Of a DNA stretch of 64,000 nucleotides, positions 19,147-26,897 are shown piece by piece. Numbering within the stretch: position 1 is the first letter of the stretch; each line of letters opens with the position of its first letter. Position numbers and translations under genes: made by a program. The stretch spans positions 96,926 to 160,925 of the forward strand of contig CAWKMT010000005.1 of NCBI GenBank assembly GCA_963850965.1, given 5' to 3'. Under the pieces are notes generated by a model. That model ran no database searches and was not told where the DNA came from. It saw nothing but the letters and a program-made list of their open reading frames with translations. The DNA comes from an uncultured Actinomycetota bacterium. GTDB lineage: Bacteria > Actinomycetota > Actinomycetes > Propionibacteriales > Nocardioidaceae.

Positions 19147-19200
19147 GGACTAGACGTGCAGCGTTGCTCCGGCAGCGCCGAGGACAGAGGAGGGCGGCCC

Positions 19201-20154
19201 ATGGCTACACGCACCGCAACCAGGACCCGCGAGAGCGAGGGCCGAGACAGCGTCGGTCTCTACCTCGACGAGATCGCGCGCACGCCCCTTCTCGACGCTG
19301 CCACCGAGGTCGAGCTCTCCAAGACGATCGAGGCCGGCCTGATGGCTGCCGCCCTCCTCGCCGAGGGCCGGGTCGGTCGCCGCAAGGGCGGGGCGCCGAT
19401 GAGCGCCACCCAGGCCGAGCTCGAGTGGCTGGCCGAGGAGGGTGAGCGTGCAGTCCAGACGTTCATCACCGCCAACCTCCGCCTGGTCGTCTCGATCGCG
19501 CGCAAGTACGGCCGCGCCCAGATGCCGATGCTCGACCTGATCCAGGAGGGCAACACCGGCCTGATCCGTGCGGTCGAGAAGTTCGACTACACCAAGGGCT
19601 ACAAGTTCTCGACCTACGCCACCTGGTGGGTGCGCCAGGCGATCACCCGCGGCATCGCGCAGCAGGCCCGCGTCGTACGCCTGCCCGTGCACGTGGTCGA
19701 GGAGCTCAACCAGGTCGGCGGCGCCCGTCGTACCCTCGAGCGCCAGCTCGGTCGCAGCCCCGACCCGCAGGAGATCGCCGCCGAGCTCGGCCTGGACGTC
19801 GACCGGGTCCTCGACCTGATGGCGTGGGGCCGCGAACACGTCAGCCTCGACTCCCCGGTCGACGAGGACGGCGACACCTCGCTCGGCGACCTGATGGCCC
19901 AGCAGACGACCCCCGGCCCGGACCTGTCGGTCCTCGACGTCGAGGCCCGCGACCGGCTCAACCTCCTGGTCGACCACCTCGACCCGCGCTCCGCCGACAT
20001 CATCCGCTCGCGCTACGGCCTGGTCGACGGCCGCCAGCACAAGCTGGCCGACATCGGCGTCAAGCACGGCATCTCCGCCGAGCGGGTCCGCCAGCTCGAG
20101 CGGGAGGCCCTGCAGAAGCTCCGTCGGGTCGCCGACCCGGATCTGGCTGCCTGA
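19201..20154 (+). CDS. hrdD: Group 2 sigma-70 factor (HrdD/SigB-like)
   Basis: [54 protein letters not shown]; lacks region 1.1. Confidence 0.8.
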   Translation: MATRTATRTRESEGRDSVGLYLDEIARTPLLDAATEVELSKTIEAGLMAAALLAEGRVGRRKGGAPMSATQAELEWLAEEGERAVQTFITANLRLVVSIARKYGRAQMPMLDLIQEGNTGLIRAVEKFDYTKGYKFSTYATWWVRQAITRGIAQQARVVRLPVHVVEELNQVGGARRTLERQLGRSPDPQEIAAELGLDVDRVLDLMAWGREHVSLDSPVDEDGDTSLGDLMAQQTTPGPDLSVLDVEARDRLNLLVDHLDPRSADIIRSRYGLVDGRQHKLADIGVKHGISAERVRQLEREALQKLRRVADPDLAA

Positions 20155-20183
20155 GGCCCACCCGGGCGCTCACCCTGACCGGG

Positions 20184-20777
20184 TCAACGACCCTCCGTCA
20201 GCTCTGCGAAGACCTCCGTCACCCGGTGACGGAGGTCTTCGAGCGTCCCGTCGTTGTCGATGACATGGGTCGCGACCGCTCGTCGTTGCTCGCGGGTGGC
20301 CTGGGCCGCGACCCGGGACTCGGCCTCCGCGCGGGTCAGACCGCGCTCCTCCACCATCCGGGTCAGCTGGGTCTCGACCGGTACGTCGACCACCACCACG
20401 GCATCGAAGACTCCCGCAGCACCGGGGTGCTCGGCCAGCAGCGGGATGTCGTGGACGACCAGGCCACCGGCAGGGGCCGAGGCCTCCAACTCGGCGCTCC
20501 GGGCGCGCACCAGGGGGTGGACGATGCCCTCGAGGATCCGCCGCTTCGACTCGTCGGAGAAGACGATCGTGCCCATCGCCGGGCGGTCGAGGTCGCCCTC
20601 GGGCGTGAGGATCTCCTCGCCGAAGGCCTCGACCACCTTGCTGAGTCCCTCGCTCCCCCTGGCCACGACCTCGCGGGCCAGGAGATCCGCGTCGATCACG
20701 ACCGCGCCGAGCTCGGCCAGGATCGCGGACACCGTGCTCTTGCCGGAGGCGACGCCGCCCGTGAGTCCCACTCGCAT
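20184..20777 (-). CDS. coaE: Dephospho-CoA kinase
   Basis: VGLTGGVASGKSTV P-loop, IDADLLAREVV, LDRPAMG, VHPLVR, DIPLL. Confidence 0.95.
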   Translation of the reverse strand: MRVGLTGGVASGKSTVSAILAELGAVVIDADLLAREVVARGSEGLSKVVEAFGEEILTPEGDLDRPAMGTIVFSDESKRRILEGIVHPLVRARSAELEASAPAGGLVVHDIPLLAEHPGAAGVFDAVVVVDVPVETQLTRMVEERGLTRAEAESRVAAQATREQRRAVATHVIDNDGTLEDLRHRVTEVFAELTEGR

Positions 20778-20800
20778 GCGGTCACCGTATCGTCGCCCCC
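20778..20800. promoter_or_regulatory. Bidirectional promoter with overlapping -10 elements for two leaderless genes
   Basis: - strand TACGGT (20789-20784) N6 ATG of coaE; + strand TATCGT (20788-20793) N7 ATG 20801; only 23 bp between starts. Confidence 0.6.
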
Positions 20801-22105
20801 ATGGACCACGTCGACCTGCGCGAAGGCTCGCGGGTGGCGTTGCTGGTCCCGGGGTCCCTGGACCTGCTGGACGTGACCATGTCGCTGCTGGCGGCCGGCA
20901 TCGTCCCGATCCCGCTCGACCCGCGACTCACGTCGTACGAGCGGGAGCGGATCCTGGCCGGGCTCTCCCCTGACCTCGTGGTCGACTCAGCGGAGCAGCT
21001 CGGCTCGATGGTCCGCCACACGCCGGAGCAGTTTCGGTGGGGCAGCCCCCGGGCCCGCCCGATGCATGTCACCAGCGGTACGACGGGCACGCCCAAGGGG
21101 GTCTTCAGCGGTCTGCTCTCCGAGACGCAGGCGGCTGCTCTCGTGGCCGAGGAGCGGGAGCTCTGGGGGTTCTGCGCCGACGACGTGAACCTCGTCCTGA
21201 GCCCGCTCTACCACTCAGCCCCCTTGCGCTTTGCGATGGGCACGGTGCTCGCGGGCGGCCGGGTGGTGGTCCCCGGAGCCTTCGATCCCGCGCTCGTGAC
21301 CGCCGCGATCGAGCGCGAGCGGCCCACGTCGATGTTCTGCGTCCCGACCCATCTGCAGCGTCTCTTCGCGCACTGGGACGAGGTCGGCACCCCCGACCTG
21401 TCCTCCTTCCGGCTGGTCGCCCATGCCGGGGCACCGTGTCCGGAGCAGGTCAAGCGCCGGCTGATCGCAGACTTTCCGCCCGGCTCGACGTGGGAGTTCT
21501 ACGGGGCGACCGAGGGGCAGTTCACCGCCTGCCGCAGTGAGGAGTGGCTGGAGCGGCCCGGCACGGTCGGGCGGGCCCGCCCGGGACGGGTGCTGACCCT
21601 GGACGCGGACGGCACGATCTGGTGCGCGGTGCCACCGCATGCGCGTTTCACCTACTTCGGCGATCCCGAGAAGACCGCGGCCGCCTGGCGCGACACCCCG
21701 GACGGACCCGCCTTCACCGTCGGCGACCTGGGTCGCCTCGACGAGGACGGCTACCTCCACCTCGACGGTCGCCGCGAGGACCTGATCATCACCGGCGGGG
21801 TGAACGTCTACCCCCTCGAGGTGGAGTCCGCCCTGCGGCAGCTGGCGGGGGTCCACGACGTCGCGGTCTACGGCGTGCCCGACGAGCACTGGGGGCAGCG
21901 GGTCTGCGCCGCGGTCGTGGGGGAGGTCGCCGAGCAGGACCTGGCGGCGTACGCACGCGAGCGGCTGGCTCCGCCCAAGCGGCCCAAGTCCTGGGCCTTC
22001 CCCGACGAGCTGCCCCGCACCCTCACCGGCAAGGTCCGCCGCGACGAGCTCAGCAGGCGAACTGGCGGCGGTACTGCTGCGGGCTCAGCCCGCGCACCCG
22101 ACTGA
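20801..22105 (+). CDS. AMP-binding acyl-CoA synthetase family protein
   Basis: TSGTTGTPKG, PLYHSAP, EFYGATEG, GDLGRLDEDGYL, GGVNVYPLEVE, TLTGKV. Confidence 0.9.
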   Translation: MDHVDLREGSRVALLVPGSLDLLDVTMSLLAAGIVPIPLDPRLTSYERERILAGLSPDLVVDSAEQLGSMVRHTPEQFRWGSPRARPMHVTSGTTGTPKGVFSGLLSETQAAALVAEERELWGFCADDVNLVLSPLYHSAPLRFAMGTVLAGGRVVVPGAFDPALVTAAIERERPTSMFCVPTHLQRLFAHWDEVGTPDLSSFRLVAHAGAPCPEQVKRRLIADFPPGSTWEFYGATEGQFTACRSEEWLERPGTVGRARPGRVLTLDADGTIWCAVPPHARFTYFGDPEKTAAAWRDTPDGPAFTVGDLGRLDEDGYLHLDGRREDLIITGGVNVYPLEVESALRQLAGVHDVAVYGVPDEHWGQRVCAAVVGEVAEQDLAAYARERLAPPKRPKSWAFPDELPRTLTGKVRRDELSRRTGGGTAAGSARAPD

Positions 22106-22994
22106 AGTGGTGGCGCAGGGTGGCGGCGTTGCCGAAGCCCACCTCGTCTGCGATCCACTCGATCGGGCGGTTGCTCTGCTCGAGGAGCTGCTCGGCGCGC
22201 AGCACCCGCTGACTGGTGACCCACGCATGCGGGGTGGCGCCGGTCTCGGCGCGGAACCTGCGCGCGAACGTCCGCGGCGACATCAGCGCACGGCGAGCCA
22301 GTGACTCGACGTCGAGGTCTTCCTGGAGGTTCTCGACGATCCACTGCAGCAAGGGCCCCAGGGTCTCGACATCGCAATCGGGGACCGCCCGGGCGATGAA
22401 CTGGGCCTGGCCGCCGTCTCGTTGGGGTGGCACGACCATGCGTCGCGCCACTGCACTGGCGACGCCGGCGCCGTACTCCTGGCGCCAGACGTGCAAGGAG
22501 GCATCGAGCCCGGCGGCAGTGCCCGCGCTGGTGACGATCTGGCCGGCGTCGACGTAGAGCACCTCGGGGATCACCTTGGCCAGGGGGAACCGCTCCGAGA
22601 GCTCACGAGTGTGCCGCCAGTGGGTGGTGCAGTCGCGCCCGTCGAGCAGTCCGGCCTCTCCGAGCGTGAAGGCACCCGAGCAGACCGACATGATGCGTGC
22701 TCCCCGGTCGTGGGCCGCACGAAGTGCCTCGATCACCCCGTCGGGCACCCGGCCCGACCTCGGCATCGAGGGGATGCCGATCAGGTCGGCGGCCTCGAGA
22801 CGCTCGAGGCCGTGCTCGAGGTTGATCGAGAAGTCGACCGCGGTCCGCACCGGGCCCAGCGCGGGGCCACAGACGGCGAAGTCGAGCACGGGGATCCCGT
22901 CGTCGGAACGGTCCACCCCGAAGGCCTCGCAGAGCACTCCGAGCTCGAACGGCGCAACACCGTCGTAGACCAGGGCTGCGACGTTGGTGAGCAT
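22050..22994 (-). CDS. GlxA/AdpA-type AraC regulator with DJ-1/PfpI domain
   Basis: SVCSGAF, CTTHW, TSAGTAAGLD, PPQRDGGQAQFI, SPRTFARRFR, VGFGNAATLRHHF; CACACT-N6-ATG. Confidence 0.9.
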   Translation of the reverse strand: MLTNVAALVYDGVAPFELGVLCEAFGVDRSDDGIPVLDFAVCGPALGPVRTAVDFSINLEHGLERLEAADLIGIPSMPRSGRVPDGVIEALRAAHDRGARIMSVCSGAFTLGEAGLLDGRDCTTHWRHTRELSERFPLAKVIPEVLYVDAGQIVTSAGTAAGLDASLHVWRQEYGAGVASAVARRMVVPPQRDGGQAQFIARAVPDCDVETLGPLLQWIVENLQEDLDVESLARRALMSPRTFARRFRAETGATPHAWVTSQRVLRAEQLLEQSNRPIEWIADEVGFGNAATLRHHFSRVRGLSPQQYRRQFAC

Positions 22995-23004
22995 CGGTCC
23001 AGTG

Positions 23005-23088
23005 TGCCAGAAATCTGGCAGTAATTCGATGAACTGTGACTTTTCTGCCACTCGTGGCAGGATCGCGCAGGGCGCAGGATTACTGCCA
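23005..23088. promoter_or_regulatory. Repeated operator boxes between the regulator and the small ORF
   Basis: TGGCAGTAAT (23016), TTTTCTGCCA (23041), TGGCAGGATC (23055), ATTACTGCCA (23079), plus palindrome TGCCAG-AAAT-CTGGCA (23005-23020). Confidence 0.6.
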
Positions 23089-23237
23089 TGACCTACTTGT
23101 TGATTCTCGCGACGATCGCGACGGTGTTGTCCATCGAGGCGATCCGCCTCGTGATCCGCGACGGGCGGGGCCCCCAGCGCCCGCCGGCATCGCACTTCGA
23201 AGACCCGCGGTTCCGCTCCCCCGCCACGCTGAGCTGA
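23088..23237 (+). CDS. 49-aa single-TM small protein (not in ORF track)
   Basis: MTYLLILATIATVLSIEAIRLVIRDGRGPQRPPASHFEDPRFRSPATLS; CAGGAT-N7-ATG; divergent from regulator. Confidence 0.65.
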   Translation: MTYLLILATIATVLSIEAIRLVIRDGRGPQRPPASHFEDPRFRSPATLS

Positions 23238-23268
23238 GGGTCCCCTCCCACCACGAGCCTCCTCCACG

Positions 23269-23318
23269 AACGACGAGGGCCCGGCCACCACTCTCGTGGT
23301 GACCGGGCCCTCGTCGTT
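23269..23318. terminator. Bidirectional terminator (rpsA / small ORF)
   Basis: AACGACGAGGGCCCGG...CCGGGCCCTCGTCGTT long inverted repeat. Confidence 0.8.
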
Positions 23319-23348
23319 GCTCTGGGCGTTACTGGTGAGACGTGCCGA

Positions 23349-24854
23349 TCAGCTTGCGCCGCCGGTCAGCTTCTCGCGGAGCGCCTGCAGCGCCTCGTCC
23401 GAAGCGAGCGAGCCGCCACCGCCGCTGGCGCTGGAGCCGTCGCCGTCCTCGGTCTCGGCTGCTTCGGTCTCGTTGCTGCTGGAGTACGACGTCGCCTCGC
23501 CAGCCTCGGCCTCGGCAACCTTCGCCTCGGCCTGCTGCTTGACGTGGGCTTCCCAGCGGGTGTGCGCCTTGGCGTACTGCTCTTCCCAGACCGCACGCTG
23601 GTCGTCGAAGCCCTCGAGCCATTCGCCCGTCTCGGGGTCGAAGCCGTCGGGGTAGACGTAGTTGCCCTGGGCGTCGTACGTCGCCGCCATGCCGTAGAGC
23701 GTCGGGTCGAACTCCTCGACGTCAGCGGCAGTCGCGGTCTCGTTGGCCTGCTTGAGCGACAGCGAGATCCGGCGACGCTCGAGGTCGATGTCGATGATCT
23801 TGACCATGACGTCGTCGTTGACCTGGACGACCTGCTCGGGGATCTCGACGTGACGCTCGGCGAGCTCGGAGATGTGCACGAGGCCCTCGATGCCTTCTTC
23901 GACCCGGACGAACGAACCGAAGGGCACCAGCTTGGTGACCTTGCCGGGCACGATCTGCCCGATCTGGTGCGTGCGGGCGAAGTGCTGCCACGGGTCTTCC
24001 TGCGTCGCCTTGAGCGACAGGGAGACACGCTCGCGGTCCATGTCCACGTCGAGGACCTCGACGGTGACCTCGTCGCCCACGGCGACGACCTCGGACGGGT
24101 GATCGATGTGCTTCCAGGACAGCTCCGAGACGTGGACGAGACCGTCGACGCCGCCGAGGTCCACGAACGCACCGAAGTTGACGATCGAGGAGACGACGCC
24201 CTTGCGGATCTGGCCCTTCTGGAGCTGGGTCAGGAAGCCGTGGCGCACCTCGGACTGGGTCTGCTCGAGCCACGCACGACGCGAGAGCACGACGTTGTTG
24301 CGGTTCTTGTCGAGCTCGATGATCTTCGCCTCGAGGACCTGGCCGACGTAGGGCTGCAGGTCGCGGACGCGACGCATCTCGACGAGCGAGGCGGGCAGGA
24401 AGCCGCGCAGGCCGATGTCGAGGATGAGGCCGCCCTTGACGACCTCGATGACGGTGCCCTCGACGACGCCATCTTCTTCCTTGACCTGCTCGATGGTGCC
24501 CCAGGCGCGTTCGTACTGTGCGCGCTTCTTGGACAGGATCAGGCGGCCTTCCTTGTCCTCCTTCTGGAGAACGAGGGCTTCGACCTTGTCACCAACAGCG
24601 ACGACCTCGGAGGGGTCCACGTCGTGCTTGATCGACAGCTCGCGCGAGGGAATGACACCCTCGGTCTTGTAGCCGATGTCCAGCAGGACCTCGTCGCGGT
24701 CCACCTTGACGATGGTGCCCTCGACGATGTCGCCGTCGTTGAAGTACTTGATGGTCGCGTCAATGGCCGCGAGGAAGTCTTCTTCAGAACCGATGTCGTT
24801 GATCGCAACCTGAGGCGCGTCGTAATCGGGAAGAATTGAGATGGTACTCGTCAT
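23349..24854 (-). CDS. rpsA: 30S ribosomal protein S1
   Basis: QVAINDIG, four S1 domains (LLDIGYKTEG, GLRGFLPAS, GVDGLVHVSEL, GIEGLVHISEL), LREKL C-terminus. Confidence 0.98.
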   Translation of the reverse strand: MTSTISILPDYDAPQVAINDIGSEEDFLAAIDATIKYFNDGDIVEGTIVKVDRDEVLLDIGYKTEGVIPSRELSIKHDVDPSEVVAVGDKVEALVLQKEDKEGRLILSKKRAQYERAWGTIEQVKEEDGVVEGTVIEVVKGGLILDIGLRGFLPASLVEMRRVRDLQPYVGQVLEAKIIELDKNRNNVVLSRRAWLEQTQSEVRHGFLTQLQKGQIRKGVVSSIVNFGAFVDLGGVDGLVHVSELSWKHIDHPSEVVAVGDEVTVEVLDVDMDRERVSLSLKATQEDPWQHFARTHQIGQIVPGKVTKLVPFGSFVRVEEGIEGLVHISELAERHVEIPEQVVQVNDDVMVKIIDIDLERRRISLSLKQANETATAADVEEFDPTLYGMAATYDAQGNYVYPDGFDPETGEWLEGFDDQRAVWEEQYAKAHTRWEAHVKQQAEAKVAEAEAGEATSYSSSNETEAAETEDGDGSSASGGGGSLASDEALQALREKLTGGAS

Positions 24855-25019
24855 AAGGGAGGTAATTCCTTGGATGGATGGAGTTGTGCGGGCACGCAGA
24901 GAAGTCCTCTTTCACTACCGAAGGTTCGCCCCGGATCGCCCTGACGGGCACACCAAGAGCAGATAGCGAGCGAGAGTCCACTAGGTCTGGGAATCAGGCA
25001 GACGTCTTGCGCAATCTTC

Positions 25020-25050
25020 AGACTACGCCGCAGCGCTCGTGCGAGTCCAA
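25020..25050 (-). promoter_or_regulatory. Putative HrdB-type rpsA promoter
   Basis: TTGGAC(T)-N18/19-TAGTCT about 170 nt upstream of rpsA. Confidence 0.45.
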
Positions 25051-25094
25051 CCCGGAGGCCGCGCTCCTGCCGCACTTCGGCGCCCGCGAGGGCC

Positions 25095-25997
25095 TCACGC
25101 GAGCCAGGCGTGCGGGTCCCGGGAGCGAGCGATTGCTCGCAGGAGAGCGTCGGCGCGTTCGGCGACCGGGTTCTGAGCGCGACGCGGGGCCAGGTCGACC
25201 AGGGCCCACAGGTCGGCCGCCCGGGCCAGGTCCAGCGCCTCGGCGACGCTGCCGCCACGCCGCTCGACGTACGCCGCCAGCACGGCGCGGGTGAAGACCT
25301 CACCCCGTTCGAAGCGGAGCAGGTTCCCCAGGTCGGTGACGGGATGGCCGGCGTGCGCGAACTCCCAGTCGACCAGCCCGGTCAGGCGCAGCGAGTCGGG
25401 GTCCACCAGCAGGTTCTTGGGGTTGAGGTCGCTGTGCACCAGGCACCGCCGCGACACCGTGTCGAGCAGGGCCTGCGCGTCGACCGCGACCTCGTGCAGC
25501 CCGGCCAGCTCGTCGGCCGTCCACCACCCGAGCGACGCCTCGTGCTGCTCGACCCAGGCCGGGAGACCGTCGATCGCGCCGAAGCTCCCGATGGTGAGCG
25601 CTCCGTCGACGAACGGGCCCTGCGTCAGCATCGGCATCCCGCCCAGGTCGGCCAGGACCCCGCCGAGCTCACTGCCGAGCCGGGCCAGCTGCGCGTCGTC
25701 GAGCGTCGGGAGCAGCAGGTCGCCGCGCACCCCCGGAAGGAATGACGTCACGAGAATCGCCGGCATCCCCGCAGCTGGATCGGCCCGGCGGACCTCGAGC
25801 ACTTCCGGCACCGGCAGCAGGCCCCGCACCAGCCGGAGCAGCGCGGCATCGACCTCGTGCGCCGCCGGGCCGCGAGTGCTGGGCCGGGCGTAGATGCGGA
25901 CCACGGTGCGCTCCCCCGCCACCTCGGCGAGGAAGGTCTCCCCGGACCAGCCCCCGTCGAGGGGGACGAGACCGGCAAACGGTGCAGTGTCATCCAC
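25095..25997 (-). CDS. Aminoglycoside phosphotransferase (APH/kinase-like) family protein
   Basis: LDGGWSGETF, Brenner motif HSDLNPKNLL, DWEFA; CAGGAT-N7-GTG. Confidence 0.85.
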   Translation of the reverse strand: MDDTAPFAGLVPLDGGWSGETFLAEVAGERTVVRIYARPSTRGPAAHEVDAALLRLVRGLLPVPEVLEVRRADPAAGMPAILVTSFLPGVRGDLLLPTLDDAQLARLGSELGGVLADLGGMPMLTQGPFVDGALTIGSFGAIDGLPAWVEQHEASLGWWTADELAGLHEVAVDAQALLDTVSRRCLVHSDLNPKNLLVDPDSLRLTGLVDWEFAHAGHPVTDLGNLLRFERGEVFTRAVLAAYVERRGGSVAEALDLARAADLWALVDLAPRRAQNPVAERADALLRAIARSRDPHAWLA

Positions 25998-26053
25998 CGG
26001 ACCGATCCTGCCAGTCGGCCACGAGCTCCTGGCTCCGCAGTACCCTCCGAACT

Positions 26054-26875
26054 GTGCAACCAGAGCATTCCCATCCGCCGGTGCGGGTGGAGCGTCGGCC
26101 GGTCGACGAGGCCGAGTCCAGGCGAGCGAACGGCCCCGACTGGGACCGCTACGCCGACGAGTACCAGTCCACCCACGGCGAGTTCCTCGGCGACGAGGGC
26201 TTCGTGTGGGGCCCCGAGGGCCTCACCGAGGCCGAGGCCCGAGCGCTCGGTGACGTGAGCGACCGCGACGTCCTCGAGGTGGGCTCGGGAGCCGGCCAGT
26301 GCTCCCGCTGGATCCGCGGCCAGGGCGGACGCTCCTACGGGCTGGACCTGTCGTTGCGCCAGCTCCAGCACTCCCGCCGGATCGACGACGAGACGGGTAC
26401 GCCGGTCCCCTCCGTGCTCGGCACGGCCACCCATCTGCCCTTCCGGGACGCCAGCTTCGACGTGGTGTTCTCGAGCTTCGGTGCCCTGCAGTTCGTCAGC
26501 GACATCACCGTGGCCCTCGGCGAGACCGCCCGGGTGCTGCGACCCGGCGGCCGGTTCGCCTTCTCGATCACGCACCCGACGCGGTGGATGTTCCCCGACG
26601 ACCCGACCGAGGAAGGGCTGCTGGCCAGCCAGTCCTACTGGGACCGGACGCCGTACGTCGAGGTGGACGAGGCCACCGGTGTCGTGGCCTACGTCGAGCA
26701 CCACCGCACGCTGGGCGACTGGGTGCGCCTGCTGCATGCCGCAGGCTTCTCGCTGGTCGACCTGCTCGAGCCGGAGTGGCCCGAGGGCCACGACCGGGTC
26801 TGGGGCGGATGGTCCGCCGCCCGGGGGAAGTACACCCCCGGGACGGCGGTCTTCATCACGCGATCCGTGCGCTGA
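26054..26875 (+). CDS. Class I SAM-dependent methyltransferase
   Basis: VLEVGSGAGQCSRW, LPFRDASFDVVFS, RVLRPGGRFAFS; TACCCT-N7-GTG. Confidence 0.9.
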   Translation: MQPEHSHPPVRVERRPVDEAESRRANGPDWDRYADEYQSTHGEFLGDEGFVWGPEGLTEAEARALGDVSDRDVLEVGSGAGQCSRWIRGQGGRSYGLDLSLRQLQHSRRIDDETGTPVPSVLGTATHLPFRDASFDVVFSSFGALQFVSDITVALGETARVLRPGGRFAFSITHPTRWMFPDDPTEEGLLASQSYWDRTPYVEVDEATGVVAYVEHHRTLGDWVRLLHAAGFSLVDLLEPEWPEGHDRVWGGWSAARGKYTPGTAVFITRSVR

Positions 26876-26897
26876 GCGCGCTCGTCACACGCGGGGG

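Noticed and set aside
7441-19613. 44-bp perfect inverted repeat (7441-7484 vs 19570-19613) as an inversion site
   Set aside because: Simply the conserved region 2.3-2.4 codons of two paralogous sigma factors
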